Positions 37,696-47,950 of a DNA stretch of 64,000 nt are shown here, piece after piece. The first letter of the stretch is position 1. Each line of letters begins with the position of its first letter. The stretch lies in IMG/VR virus record IMGVR_UViG_3300010370_000031; one strand, 5' to 3'. The stretch is from an uncultured virus (IMG/VR IMGVR_UViG_3300010370_000031). Lineage: Duplodnaviria > Heunggongvirae > Uroviricota > Caudoviricetes. Made by a program: the position numbers and the translations under genes. The notes beneath the pieces were generated by a model. That model was given only the letters and a program-made list of their open reading frames with translations, did no database searches and was not told the origin of the DNA.

Positions 37696-39330
37696 TCAAG
37701 AATCGCTACTTGAGGATGCTTTCTTAGGAGCAGCGGGAGCAGGAGCAGGCGGCGGCATTGCCGATAACTCCAATGCTTTTGCATTCATTTTGTTAGTATG
37801 CACTGGATCTGGTGTCATACCAGCACCAATATCAGTCTTCATCTGCTTATCAATTTCTTCAAATTCAACATCAGATTGCTTAAGAATTTGCTTTCTTACA
37901 TATTCAATCGAATAATACTTACCTACATAAGGGTCAATCTTCATTAAAATATCTAAGCGGGTATTCATTAACTCCGCATCTCTTAACTCGGAGAAATGAT
38001 TATCGAAGAGGAAATCATATTGAATGTTTTCCTCCATATCCTCCCAGTCTTCTGGAGTGATAATACCTTTCAAGACTAATTGAGTCTTGAGCATATCATG
38101 GAATAGGAAAGCAAACTTCTTACGAAGTCTTCCAACAAATTTATTAAACTTAAGTTCGTCTCTTAATACTTCTGTTGTCTTACCAAGATTAAAACCTTTG
38201 TTATCATCTGTAAGGCGGGAAGGTGGTAGGTTGAGTGAGTTGTAAAGTTTCTTGCGGAAATATTCAACGTCCTTCAACTCACCAAGATTCTGACCACCAG
38301 GAAGTGTAGTAATTTCAGTGCCTCTACCACCTTCTCTACGTGGCAACCAGAAATCCTCAAGCATACTCATATGCTTTTTATCATCACGAATCTCACCAGT
38401 GCTTGCATCATAGACAAGTTTGTTGCGATAGCGATTCATCACTTCGCGGAGATACTGCTCTGCTTTAACTTTGGGTAGATTGCCTACATCGATATAAAAA
38501 ATTCTTCTTTCTGGTGCGCGTGACAAACGGTAGATAACCAGTGAGTCCTCAATCATGCGAAGTTGATTGAGTGCTTTGATGGACTTATGAAGATAACTTA
38601 GATTCATCTTCTTGTTTAAGTCCATCAATCCGCATGGTGCAAATGTGATAGAATCTGCAGCGAATCTCAGACCACCCTGCATTGGATCTGGACCACCAGC
38701 AAATGAAATAAAACCTTTTGGATTGTAAAGATAATACTCGATGAATTCTCCAAAATCATATGCATCGGCAGTGAGAGCACCATCACCTTTGCTCATTAAT
38801 TGCTGTGATGATTTTTCTCTGTCTTGTAGTCTCTGCTTTACTTTTTTAATTTTGAGAGGATCGATATATCTTAATTCAGTAATACCACCTTTGGGATTTG
38901 CGTGGTCAATTACTTTGTGGTAATATACTCTTCCATCAATATACCAATTGCGAAATATTTCGTGTGCTTTCTTATCAAAATTTAAAAGTCTTTTGATGTA
39001 TTCAAATTCTGCACGAATTTTATTTTTGATTCCTTCACCTACTTCCAGATTTGACAATTCAATAGAAACTGCTGACTGGTCTTCGTTACTTACGATTGCT
39101 TCATTCACAATCTCATCAACAGCACTATCAACTTCTGGATGCAGCGCCATATCACGATAGCGCCTAATGAGATCAAACTCATTACGCGCCACGCCTTCTA
39201 TATCCACATAATGACCGAAGTAGCCACCAGCAACGGTAGCTACTCCATCATCCTGACTAGGGGGTATAGGGGACTGTCCCTTTGGTTTTGAAACAGCCCC
39301 GTTGATTGAGAAACCAAATAGTTGACTCAT
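37696..39330 (-). CDS. gp20: Portal protein (gp20)
   Basis: WYIDGR, RAPERRIFYIDVGNLP, EDFWLPRREGGRGTEITTLPGG. Confidence 0.97.
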   Translation of the reverse strand: MSQLFGFSINGAVSKPKGQSPIPPSQDDGVATVAGGYFGHYVDIEGVARNEFDLIRRYRDMALHPEVDSAVDEIVNEAIVSNEDQSAVSIELSNLEVGEGIKNKIRAEFEYIKRLLNFDKKAHEIFRNWYIDGRVYYHKVIDHANPKGGITELRYIDPLKIKKVKQRLQDREKSSQQLMSKGDGALTADAYDFGEFIEYYLYNPKGFISFAGGPDPMQGGLRFAADSITFAPCGLMDLNKKMNLSYLHKSIKALNQLRMIEDSLVIYRLSRAPERRIFYIDVGNLPKVKAEQYLREVMNRYRNKLVYDASTGEIRDDKKHMSMLEDFWLPRREGGRGTEITTLPGGQNLGELKDVEYFRKKLYNSLNLPPSRLTDDNKGFNLGKTTEVLRDELKFNKFVGRLRKKFAFLFHDMLKTQLVLKGIITPEDWEDMEENIQYDFLFDNHFSELRDAELMNTRLDILMKIDPYVGKYYSIEYVRKQILKQSDVEFEEIDKQMKTDIGAGMTPDPVHTNKMNAKALELSAMPPPAPAPAAPKKASSSSDS

Positions 39331-39374
39331 GTTTAAATTATTTCACTGATACACTATTTATTTAATTAAAATAA

Positions 39375-39992
39375 TCAGGTTTCTACGCCAATTCTTCCAC
39401 CACCAGCAGGAGGTTGTGCTCCTGTGCCTGGTTCTGCGGACCAATATTGATATTGAAATTCTACAGTGAAATCTTCAATCTGGTCATTGCTATCATAAGC
39501 AAGATCGATTTGTGAAATATTTGTTGGGAAAGCACCTTTAAAATAATAAGTTCTTAAAACCGATGCATCGGTATCACCTTCACCAGCATTTCTTTCTAGT
39601 TGTTTTACTGTTAAATCTTGTAAATAACCAGTCCCACTAGTGTCTGGAACGAAAGTAGATGCATTATTAGCATTATGTCTATTCATTCCTTCAATCCATT
39701 TTTCAAATCCATGACGTAATGTTTGGTTTCTATCACTAATAATAGTGACTGTCCAAGTATCGAATGTTCTGTCGCCAGCAATTTTAACAGTTCTTCCTCT
39801 GAAAGGAACTTCAATTACTCCAAGATTGGATGCAGGAATGGCAGCTGCTTTGCAAAGCATTTGCAAAGTTTCTGGTCTTGGTGCATCTGATGACATTACT
39901 GAAGGAAAATTAAATTCAACTACGAATAGGTTATTTCTAACACCTTGTTTTACAGTGTTTAGAAATCCTGTGATGTTACTTTTTACAGCCAT
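39375..39992 (-). CDS. gp19: Tail tube protein (gp19)
   Basis: VPFRGRTVKIAGDRTFDTW, FPTNISQIDL, FTVEFQYQYW. Confidence 0.93.
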   Translation of the reverse strand: MAVKSNITGFLNTVKQGVRNNLFVVEFNFPSVMSSDAPRPETLQMLCKAAAIPASNLGVIEVPFRGRTVKIAGDRTFDTWTVTIISDRNQTLRHGFEKWIEGMNRHNANNASTFVPDTSGTGYLQDLTVKQLERNAGEGDTDASVLRTYYFKGAFPTNISQIDLAYDSNDQIEDFTVEFQYQYWSAEPGTGAQPPAGGGRIGVET

Positions 39993-40029
39993 TGTTAGTT
40001 ACCTCTAATGTTTTTTAACGTGTATAAAA

Positions 40030-41688
40030 TCAAACTTGACCAGTTACTTCAGCGAAAGATACGCCAGTCTTGGTAGCAACAAAGGTGATAGTAATGTAAT
40101 TAATCGACCTTGCTGGTTTTACATAAATTTCAGCAACAAATTCATTTCTATCAATTACATCAGGTGTATTATTTGTATCATCACAAACCACTAGAAAATC
40201 TGTAACTCCTCTTTTTGCCTTAACTTCTTCCATGTAAGCATTTACTGTTGCGAAGAAAGCACCTCTAGTAGTTTCATCATTCAATTCAAACAATACTGTT
40301 TTAGCAACTGATTGCACTCTTCTTTCTAGAGCGAGGAATAGACGGCGGACATTGATTCTATCAAATGCACTTGGAGTGCCGAGAGCAGTTTTGTCACCAA
40401 ATAATACAATTCCTTGACCAGGGAATGAAGTGATGGGATTAATTCTATTCTGATATAATTCGTCTCTTTCTGTCTTAGAAGGAGTGTATGCTAGTTTGAT
40501 AGCATTTCTTAGATTACCTCTTTGAAGACCAGCTGGTGAGAACCAATCTTCTAAAGTGAGTGAAGTCTGGACACAAAGACCAGCAACATCACCACAGCAA
40601 GGAATATAACGATATACATCGTTGTAACGGTCGTAAATATACTTATAACCGCTATCAAACACAGCATATGAGCTGCTTGTTAAACTGCTGAAGAAAGAAA
40701 GAATTGCATCTTTTTGGGCAGATGGATCTGATAGACTTACAAAACTTCTGTATGGAGAAACAAATGCAATGCAATCTTTTCTGTTTGCTGCAACAGAAAT
40801 TGCCTTAAGTGCTTTTGTTTTGGTTGCGTCACCAGGAGTTGCTCCATAAGTAACACTACCACCAGCGAGAATAAAATCAATATTAATATTTTCTACATCA
40901 TCAAATTTAGCAAGTGCTGTCTCTAGATTTGCTGTTGATGCTTGATACGAATCAGCACCACCGTCTAGAGATAAATCTTGATCGCCAGCAGAAACTAACT
41001 CATCTGCATAAACATATCTTGATTTTCTATTAACTACATTAGGATAGAAATTAGATTCGCCTTCGCTATTAACAGCAGTGGTGGAGCGAGAAGCAAATAA
41101 GAAAGTTTCTAGAAGTGTGCCAGGTGTGCCAGTGATTGCACCACCTTCATCAATAACTGCTACGTGGCAAGTATCAGCATCAGCTGGTCTTGGAGCAAGT
41201 GATGACCACTTTGCACTTCCATGATAAGTAGCGGTCGAATATGCTAGTGAGGTTACGCTACCATCAACTGTCGAAACTTTTAATGAGCTTCCCCAGGTGC
41301 CAGCAGTGCGAGCAGCAAACTTAAATGTAGTTGTGCCTTTTTGTGCTTCAAAATCTGAGAATGAAGTGATTAGAGGAGCATTTGGATTTTGAGTATCATA
41401 CTCAGTTACTGCATTTTTAAGTGCCGTATCAGCAACTCTCACTACTTGAAGCTGACCACCATATGATAGAAATGTTGCAGCAACATACCAATCTTCAAAA
41501 TTATTATTATTTGGTTTCCCGAATGTATCGAGTAATTGTTTTTCTGTTGAAATTGATGTGATTACGCCTACTGGTCCCTTTTCAAAGGCACCGACGATAG
41601 CAGCTGTATTTGCTGCTGAAGCTACAGCCACTGAATTGGTTAAGTCACGCTCTCTTAATACAATTCCAGGTGATACTTGACCCGCCAT
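40030..41688 (-). CDS. gp18: Tail sheath protein (gp18)
   Basis: SPGIVLRERD, WFSPAG, FDRINVRRLF, KPARSINYI. Confidence 0.95.
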   Translation of the reverse strand: MAGQVSPGIVLRERDLTNSVAVASAANTAAIVGAFEKGPVGVITSISTEKQLLDTFGKPNNNNFEDWYVAATFLSYGGQLQVVRVADTALKNAVTEYDTQNPNAPLITSFSDFEAQKGTTTFKFAARTAGTWGSSLKVSTVDGSVTSLAYSTATYHGSAKWSSLAPRPADADTCHVAVIDEGGAITGTPGTLLETFLFASRSTTAVNSEGESNFYPNVVNRKSRYVYADELVSAGDQDLSLDGGADSYQASTANLETALAKFDDVENINIDFILAGGSVTYGATPGDATKTKALKAISVAANRKDCIAFVSPYRSFVSLSDPSAQKDAILSFFSSLTSSSYAVFDSGYKYIYDRYNDVYRYIPCCGDVAGLCVQTSLTLEDWFSPAGLQRGNLRNAIKLAYTPSKTERDELYQNRINPITSFPGQGIVLFGDKTALGTPSAFDRINVRRLFLALERRVQSVAKTVLFELNDETTRGAFFATVNAYMEEVKAKRGVTDFLVVCDDTNNTPDVIDRNEFVAEIYVKPARSINYITITFVATKTGVSFAEVTGQV

Positions 41689-41772
41689 GTTTATCTCCTT
41701 GTAGAAGCCATTTTAATCTACAAATATTTATGAAAATGCTTTTTTCAAATGGGGAAACAATGCACGAACATA

Positions 41773-42000
41773 TTACCAGTCAGGATACTCCCATACTGTG
41801 TTAGTTTTTCCATGTCTGCGATTGATAATTCTTTGTATGGCACAGTCCTTACATTCATAAGAATATGATGATGGTAAATACTTTTTCCCTTTCCGAATGT
41901 TATAGAAGTCAGACATCAAATCTTTTGTTTCTCCACAGACTCTACATGTCCTTTCACGAAACAATAGATGCTCTAATGAAAACTGATCTTCTATATCCAT
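41773..42000 (-). CDS. Small zinc-finger-like protein
   Basis: CRVC...YECKDC; coupled to the g17 stop. Confidence 0.7.
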   Translation of the reverse strand: MDIEDQFSLEHLLFRERTCRVCGETKDLMSDFYNIRKGKKYLPSSYSYECKDCAIQRIINRRHGKTNTVWEYPDW

Positions 42001-43664
42001 TAGTATCCAAGCATGTAAGAAACTTCTGGTGCTACATCTCCATACTCATCTAAGTGCCATACATCTCCATACTCATCAACAAATTTAGTTTCCTCGTCTT
42101 CAAACCCATCTACGATGAAACCAAATGGTGCCATGTCTTGCTCTATTTGATTTGCCTGCTCTTCATAGATGCGTTTCCTCACGTCGTTATCAGTCATCTC
42201 TCTGAAGTAAGGTTGCACTGCTAACCAGGCAAACAATACGAGACACATCACTAAGTCATCATTGTGTCCTTCATCTGCTTCAAAAGATTGATTCTTTTGA
42301 ATGAATGTAGTGAGCTCACTAATGATTTCGTAATCGGGAATAAGTAACTTATCATCTTCGATTAGCGTTTTAAGGTTTGAGCATCCAACCTTCTTCGTCA
42401 CCTTAGACATCTTCAGACCTAGTTGCGACTTAGTACCAGAGAATCCTTGTCCAACAATTTGTCCAGCACGACCTCTCATCGCACACATAAGAACATTAGG
42501 ATACTCCAAATCATAATGAAGAATGTTTCCTACCTGCTCCCCAATATCATTAATTTCAATTAAAATGTATGCTTTATTGTAATTCTTGGCAACTTGGTCT
42601 ATAATACTTGGAAACAGAATTGGTTTAATTTCATTATTGCGATACTTTGCAACTACTTTCCATGGTAAAGAAGTAATGTCAAATACTACAAATGCCGAAT
42701 AGTCATTGTTTGTGCCACGCGATACATCAACAGTTATAATATAATCTCTATCTGATTTGACAGTTTCATATATTTTTAAACCTTTGCCATTATCTTGCAC
42801 TGGATCTTCATACACCATTGAGCGAAGTTTGGAAGCAGAGATAAGAGTATCAACTGATCCTAGGAATTCACATTCAAACTCTTGTGTGAATTGCCTCTCT
42901 GAGGTGTTTCTAATAGTCTCTTCTTTCCATGCCTGATCTCTGCCAGGCACTTGAGACCAATGCACCTCAAGTGGCACATAACCATTCTTACCACGCTCAG
43001 CATCATGCCAAAGTTTATAAAACATATTCATACCCTGTGGGGTAGAAATAATAATAACTTTGGTTGTTTTACCAGATGAAATAGTGGGATATACAGAGGA
43101 GAAAAACTGCTCTGAGATATGGTTTGGAATAAACGCAAACTCGTCCAGGAAGATGATATTAAAAGAGTTTCCTCGAACAGCAGATGATGAGGTTGAAGCA
43201 GCAATAATTTTGCTACCATTCTCTAATTCCATGGATCCTTTATTCCATGCTACAATACCCATCTGCATCCACTTGGGTAGATTTTCGTAAGCTAACTGCA
43301 GACGGGAAAGCAATTCCCTAGAAGTTTCTGCTTTGTTTGCTAGGATAGCAATCTTTACGTTATCATTAAACAGAGCATAATGTAACAGATAGGAAATAAC
43401 TGTTGTAGATTTTCCTGTCTGCCTAGGCAGTTTAGCGATATTGAATCTATTTTCGTGGAAGTTTGTAATCAACTGCTCTTGGAAATCCCACATCTTAAAT
43501 GGGACTAGACCTTCATCCAGAGAAACAATTTTAATATGATTCTTTGTAAAATAAACTGGGTCGTCTTTACACCTAATAAATTCCTGAATCTGCTTCTTAG
43601 TGAAATTTATTGGGGTGTTTGCTTTTTTTAAATTAGGATTACCAAGATATACTGCATCACTCAT
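42000..43664 (-). CDS. gp17: Terminase large subunit (gp17)
   Basis: YLGNPNLK, PRQTGKST, FLDEFAF, DVSRG, HNDDLVM. Confidence 0.96.
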   Translation of the reverse strand: MSDAVYLGNPNLKKANTPINFTKKQIQEFIRCKDDPVYFTKNHIKIVSLDEGLVPFKMWDFQEQLITNFHENRFNIAKLPRQTGKSTTVISYLLHYALFNDNVKIAILANKAETSRELLSRLQLAYENLPKWMQMGIVAWNKGSMELENGSKIIAASTSSSAVRGNSFNIIFLDEFAFIPNHISEQFFSSVYPTISSGKTTKVIIISTPQGMNMFYKLWHDAERGKNGYVPLEVHWSQVPGRDQAWKEETIRNTSERQFTQEFECEFLGSVDTLISASKLRSMVYEDPVQDNGKGLKIYETVKSDRDYIITVDVSRGTNNDYSAFVVFDITSLPWKVVAKYRNNEIKPILFPSIIDQVAKNYNKAYILIEINDIGEQVGNILHYDLEYPNVLMCAMRGRAGQIVGQGFSGTKSQLGLKMSKVTKKVGCSNLKTLIEDDKLLIPDYEIISELTTFIQKNQSFEADEGHNDDLVMCLVLFAWLAVQPYFREMTDNDVRKRIYEEQANQIEQDMAPFGFIVDGFEDEETKFVDEYGDVWHLDEYGDVAPEVSYMLGY

Positions 43665-43890
43665 TTGCTCTTCTTAAATCTTTTTCTAAGTCTTCCATAC
43701 TATTTAACCTTCTTTCCCAACCATCACCTTTTGTAGTACCCTGTGATGGATTAATGCAGTCTTCGTATTTAAATCTGTCGCATACTAGACTAGCAAGTTG
43801 GGACTCATCACCCTTTTTGTTTGTGCCTGACCAGAAGTGCTGACCTCCAATCCAGCAAGCCCCACAACGAGGGCAAGTTTTGGTATCCAT
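43657..43890 (-). CDS. Small Cys-rich hypothetical protein
   Basis: CPRCGACW...LVC...CINP. Confidence 0.7.
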   Translation of the reverse strand: MDTKTCPRCGACWIGGQHFWSGTNKKGDESQLASLVCDRFKYEDCINPSQGTTKGDGWERRLNSMEDLEKDLRRANE

Positions 43891-43916
43891 AAGTCTTACC
43901 TTAAGACGGTAATCTT

Positions 43917-43944
43917 ATTATATAGGGTAATCAGTGTTTGTCAA
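43917..43944 (-). promoter_or_regulatory. Sigma70-type promoter inside the late module
   Basis: TTGACA-16 nt-TATAAT. Confidence 0.65.
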
Positions 43945-43955
43945 GCTACAATATG

Positions 43956-44687
43956 TTAGCAATTCCAAGCTCTTAATGATTTATTAATTCTGCTGTCTGG
44001 ATCGTTTGCTGTCTTTTTGGAAGTTAACTTTGACTTCATACCTTTCATTCTTGCACAGAATGACGACCTGCGGGGATTTCCAACCTTTTTTGAAGGTGCT
44101 TTAAGGTCGCTTCCAGGATTCTCACGCTCGTAAGATTTTCTCCCCTTCTCGTTAAGACCGCCATTTTTATTCTTGCCCTCCTTGCGAGTCCAAGCAGATT
44201 CTTCTACATACTCAACCTCTTCAGTTTTGCTTGTCATATAATCAGCAGCAGTATCAATATAGTCACACGCAAGAGTAACTTTTGATTGTACCCACCCAGG
44301 AAGTTGCATTTTGGGATTTTGCACTACACCACGAAGACGTTGTACTGCTGTTTCAATTGTGTCTAATTGACTCATAATCATTCCACCTTCATCATCAATC
44401 TCTTTGCCCATGGCAACAGCAACATGATTTTCAGCAATAGCAAACATCTCTTTGACTGTTTTTTTCTTTTTGTGTTGTGCTTTTAATTCTTTTTCCATTT
44501 TAAGTAGATGCTTGTAGTAATCTGGAAATTCATCTAAGTGCTGAAGAGCAATTCCATATGCTTCTTCATGGGTAGTTACATGCTCGCGCTCCACAGTCGA
44601 TCCAACCTCAGCTTGTTTGATGATTGCATCGACAGAAACGCCATGCTTCTTAGCGATTTCTTTTTCTGTGGGAACTTTCTTTTTCAT
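43956..44687 (-). CDS. Modular hypothetical protein (three domains separated by acidic linkers)
   Basis: Blocks EH...HLDEFPDYY, LPGWVQSKV, RRSSFCARM...SLRAWNC. Confidence 0.75.
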   Translation of the reverse strand: MKKKVPTEKEIAKKHGVSVDAIIKQAEVGSTVEREHVTTHEEAYGIALQHLDEFPDYYKHLLKMEKELKAQHKKKKTVKEMFAIAENHVAVAMGKEIDDEGGMIMSQLDTIETAVQRLRGVVQNPKMQLPGWVQSKVTLACDYIDTAADYMTSKTEEVEYVEESAWTRKEGKNKNGGLNEKGRKSYERENPGSDLKAPSKKVGNPRRSSFCARMKGMKSKLTSKKTANDPDSRINKSLRAWNC

Positions 44688-44953
44688 GAGAGATAACCAA
44701 TTGGCGTAGCTCTTACATCTGTGCCAGCATCAATCTTGAGTTTTTGGTCTGCTTTTTTATGAATAACAATCTCTGTGCCAGGATTGCTGTAGAAAGAACC
44801 AACTACAGTAGTTCCATCATTTTCATACAAAGTGATAGTTCTACCAGTATTTCCACCAGAATCGTGAACGATTAAAACATCCACTGCTGTTGCTCCAACA
44901 ACATTTGGGGTTGTAGTGAGTGTTACTGCCGTTCCTAAAAGTTTAACTCTCAT
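44684..44953 (-). CDS. Hypothetical beta-rich protein
   Basis: ORF with ATAAATA at 44975-44981. Confidence 0.7.
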   Translation of the reverse strand: MRVKLLGTAVTLTTTPNVVGATAVDVLIVHDSGGNTGRTITLYENDGTTVVGSFYSNPGTEIVIHKKADQKLKIDAGTDVRATPIGYLS

Positions 44954-44977
44954 TGTGGTTTACCGTTTATTTAATAT

Positions 44978-45388
44978 TTATTCTTCTTCGACCTTTCCAC
45001 GCTTCAGCATCTTCTGTAGGTCTGCAGTGCTTCCTAAAAAGATAGCATTGTTAGTTACAGAAGTTGGTCCTTTCTTAGATTCTTCTTTACTAAGATTCTT
45101 CATCTTCTGTTGCAGGTCAATCAATTTATCGGTCATGTCTGAGACCTGCTTCATAGCGTTTACAGCGACTTCATATGCTCTAGGGTGTCCGCTCTCCTGA
45201 GCGACCTCTAAGGCGCCTTGCACCGCCTCCTGACCCTGAGATATCAACCTGTATAACTCACCTCTGGTATATTCATAGTCTTTACTTGCATCTTGATTCT
45301 CTTCGACTTCCATGCTGACAATTTCAGCAGGTGAATCAGAAACATCAATGTCAAAAATTTCTTCCATGTTATCTTCAAACTTACTCAT
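44978..45388 (-). CDS. gp16: Terminase small subunit (gp16)
   Basis: DYEYTR, HPRAYEV, NNAIFLGSTADLQK. Confidence 0.9.
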   Translation of the reverse strand: MSKFEDNMEEIFDIDVSDSPAEIVSMEVEENQDASKDYEYTRGELYRLISQGQEAVQGALEVAQESGHPRAYEVAVNAMKQVSDMTDKLIDLQQKMKNLSKEESKKGPTSVTNNAIFLGSTADLQKMLKRGKVEEE

Positions 45389-46182
45389 AGAATTTCAATA
45401 CCTTCATTAAATCCAAAGTCATCTCCAGGCATTAACAATGCATCATCAAGATTGTTAATAACGCCATCATTATTCTGGTCAGAGATAGCGTCTGGCTCTA
45501 CAGTATATTTCATTGTTCTTCTGTGTTGATCTAAATCGCCAATTGATTCAAATACAACTGCCTTACGAATAATCTCTGCATTCGTAACAGGACCGTAGAA
45601 GTATGTCTTAAGTGTAAAGTTGAGAGTATACGTAATACTTCTTCTTCTCATCATATCATCTTGATAATCATCTTCGTATGAAATGTTATTTAAGATGATA
45701 GGTAAATCTTTTTTCTCATCCATCTCTGGAATAAGATTAATTGTAACTGTAAATGCTGGTTGAAAGTATGGTATAATTTGCTCAAGAATTTGTAGAGCAT
45801 CGTCTTGAGTCTTAGAAAGAATACCTAATTCAAATCCTAGATTATAAGGCACTGGCATATACTGCACCTTTGTGCTAGTGCCAGAAGCTTCTTTAAGATA
45901 CTTTTGAATAGGAGATGTTTTTCTCGCAGGGTCGTATGTAATGTCAGTCATCTCAAAAGAGAGACGAGGCATTGTAATACTGACCTTACGCTCAGTGCTT
46001 GGATCTTGATCTAAGCGAGCAAGAAACTTACTCTTGGGACCATAAGCAAGAGGCACTTTCTGGCGTTGAATCTCTGCACCAGTATCGGGGTCTGTTTTAA
46101 TAATTTCGATGTTATTAAAAATGGTGCCAAATGCTTTGACATTCTTTTTAATAATTTCGTGATAAAAATGTCTTCCTAACAT
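45385..46182 (-). CDS. gp15: Tail sheath stabiliser / completion protein (gp15)
   Basis: FYHEII, VPLAYGPK, QILEQIIPYFQP. Confidence 0.92.
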   Translation of the reverse strand: MLGRHFYHEIIKKNVKAFGTIFNNIEIIKTDPDTGAEIQRQKVPLAYGPKSKFLARLDQDPSTERKVSITMPRLSFEMTDITYDPARKTSPIQKYLKEASGTSTKVQYMPVPYNLGFELGILSKTQDDALQILEQIIPYFQPAFTVTINLIPEMDEKKDLPIILNNISYEDDYQDDMMRRRSITYTLNFTLKTYFYGPVTNAEIIRKAVVFESIGDLDQHRRTMKYTVEPDAISDQNNDGVINNLDDALLMPGDDFGFNEGIEIL

Positions 46183-47087
46183 CAGAATGAATCTCCTATA
46201 TTTCCATACTCACCAAACGGATTTCCTTCCGTGAAGTCAAGAAGGACATCTGCTTTATCTTCATACCATTTATTTTGAGCATTGTCATAATCATCAATTT
46301 CAAAATCAATCGTTGAGAAGTTATCAACAATCCAGGAAGCGCCACTATCCTGTCCTACCAAAGGTAGATTTTCTTTTAGCTCACCTTTTATATATGTTAA
46401 ACGTAACTTTCTATTTGCCTGGTCCCACCCAGCAACTGTTGCTTTTGCTACAATTGGAGTGCCACCAACAGGAGTGAATGTTTGTGTAACTTCTTCTCCT
46501 TCTACAAATACTCCAGTGCCTCCAGTTAATTTGACTACCACTGGAATAGAATTTACTTCTTGTGGCAAATCATCAATTTCAGAAACACCTGTATCAAATT
46601 TGCTATCGGCATGTTCAAACAATTCACAGGTTAATCCATAGACATAGTTTTTACCTAACTGATAGAAAGGCACTTCTCTTTCTACATATTTAATTTCATA
46701 TGTATTTTTTGTCATAGGCACATAAATTAAATCACCTTCATTAGGTCTGTCTTTAATGAAAGTAGATTCATTTAATGTATTAAAATTTATCCAACGTCTT
46801 TTAGATACAGCTAATGTAACTTCGTCAGTAATCTTGAGACCAAACTTAGACATTGCAAGCGCACCAGATCCACCAAATCCCTCTACATTAATCAACATCA
46901 TTTCAATCATGTATGCTTCCTTGAATATGTTGAGGACAACATCATTAAGTGTTTTATCAATCAACATATCTTTTGGCACATAATAAACATCCATGCCAAA
47001 CAATCTTATTTGCTCATCAACTAAATCTTGGACAAGATTTTGCTCTGATGATACACCGCCAAACTGTGGAAAATGTACGCTCTTCAT
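46182..47087 (-). CDS. gp14: Neck protein (gp14)
   Basis: EQIRLFG, RPNEGDLIY, PFYQLGK, NPFG. Confidence 0.9.
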   Translation of the reverse strand: MKSVHFPQFGGVSSEQNLVQDLVDEQIRLFGMDVYYVPKDMLIDKTLNDVVLNIFKEAYMIEMMLINVEGFGGSGALAMSKFGLKITDEVTLAVSKRRWINFNTLNESTFIKDRPNEGDLIYVPMTKNTYEIKYVEREVPFYQLGKNYVYGLTCELFEHADSKFDTGVSEIDDLPQEVNSIPVVVKLTGGTGVFVEGEEVTQTFTPVGGTPIVAKATVAGWDQANRKLRLTYIKGELKENLPLVGQDSGASWIVDNFSTIDFEIDDYDNAQNKWYEDKADVLLDFTEGNPFGEYGNIGDSF

Positions 47088-47088
47088 A

Positions 47089-47901
47089 TTATCCGATTAG
47101 GAAGTTAGGTGGTAATTCATACTCTGATTGCATTCTTGCTTCGATATCTTCTATCTCTGCTTTGCCTTCCTCATACATTTTCTCTCCATTTATAGAGACT
47201 CCGCCAGGAAGTTGAACGCCATTAAACTTAATTAAATTTTGTCCCCACTGCTTTTTGATTTGAGCAGTGACATAACGCTTGAGGAAACTATCGTTGTATA
47301 TCTTTGCGTGATCACTTGGATTGAGTGCTCGATGACATTCAATAACTAACCATCTATCTTTAGTTAAGAATTTTGGATCGTAGTCAATATACAAACGATT
47401 TTGACGTTTAGTATATCGTATCTGCAACATCGATCCAGTATTCAAAACCATATCTAATGTTTCTAGATATGATTTAGTCATATAATAATTAAGAATATCG
47501 AGTGACCCAAATGCATAAAGGTCATTCAAAAACATCTGATATTCAATACCAAATAAATCTCCGCGAATAGTAGATGCAACAAAAGAAAAAATTCTCTCTA
47601 CGCCAATAACATGGTCTGGAATTTCCAAATAATTATTACGCTCTTCCCATGGGTCGCCGTTAGGGGAAGTCGTAGTTACATTGCTAGTTTGAAATCTATC
47701 AACGTCTGCTTGAGTAAACTTGTGCTTGAGAAACATTTTCTCAACACCATCAAAATGTCTTTCGTTGAAATACTGCAAAGACATATCGATGATGTCTTCA
47801 ATCTGATCATCATCTACATTAATTTCTAAGATAGGTGCTCCCAGTCTGCGGAGGCAAAAATCTTTCAATTCCTCTCGCGTTGCTGGTTGAGATTTGGACA
47901 T
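47089..47901 (-). CDS. gp13: Neck protein (gp13)
   Basis: LRRLGAPILEINV, KKQWGQNLIKF, LPGGV. Confidence 0.92.
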   Translation of the reverse strand: MSKSQPATREELKDFCLRRLGAPILEINVDDDQIEDIIDMSLQYFNERHFDGVEKMFLKHKFTQADVDRFQTSNVTTTSPNGDPWEERNNYLEIPDHVIGVERIFSFVASTIRGDLFGIEYQMFLNDLYAFGSLDILNYYMTKSYLETLDMVLNTGSMLQIRYTKRQNRLYIDYDPKFLTKDRWLVIECHRALNPSDHAKIYNDSFLKRYVTAQIKKQWGQNLIKFNGVQLPGGVSINGEKMYEEGKAEIEDIEARMQSEYELPPNFLIG

Positions 47902-47907
47902 GAATAC

Positions 47908-47943
47908 AAAAAGACCCTTCTTATGTATTTATAAGAAGGGTCT
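47908..47943 (-). terminator. Terminator hairpin with TATAAATA late promoter across its stem and loop
   Basis: AGACCCTTCTTAT-AAATAC-ATAAGAAGGGTCT-TTTT. Confidence 0.85.
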
Positions 47944-47950
47944 CTATTTA

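Noticed and set aside
41689..41772. Intergenic gaps checked for tRNA or CRISPR (also 55560-55622, 56295-56366)
   Set aside because: No cloverleaf/T-loop consensus and no regularly spaced direct repeats.
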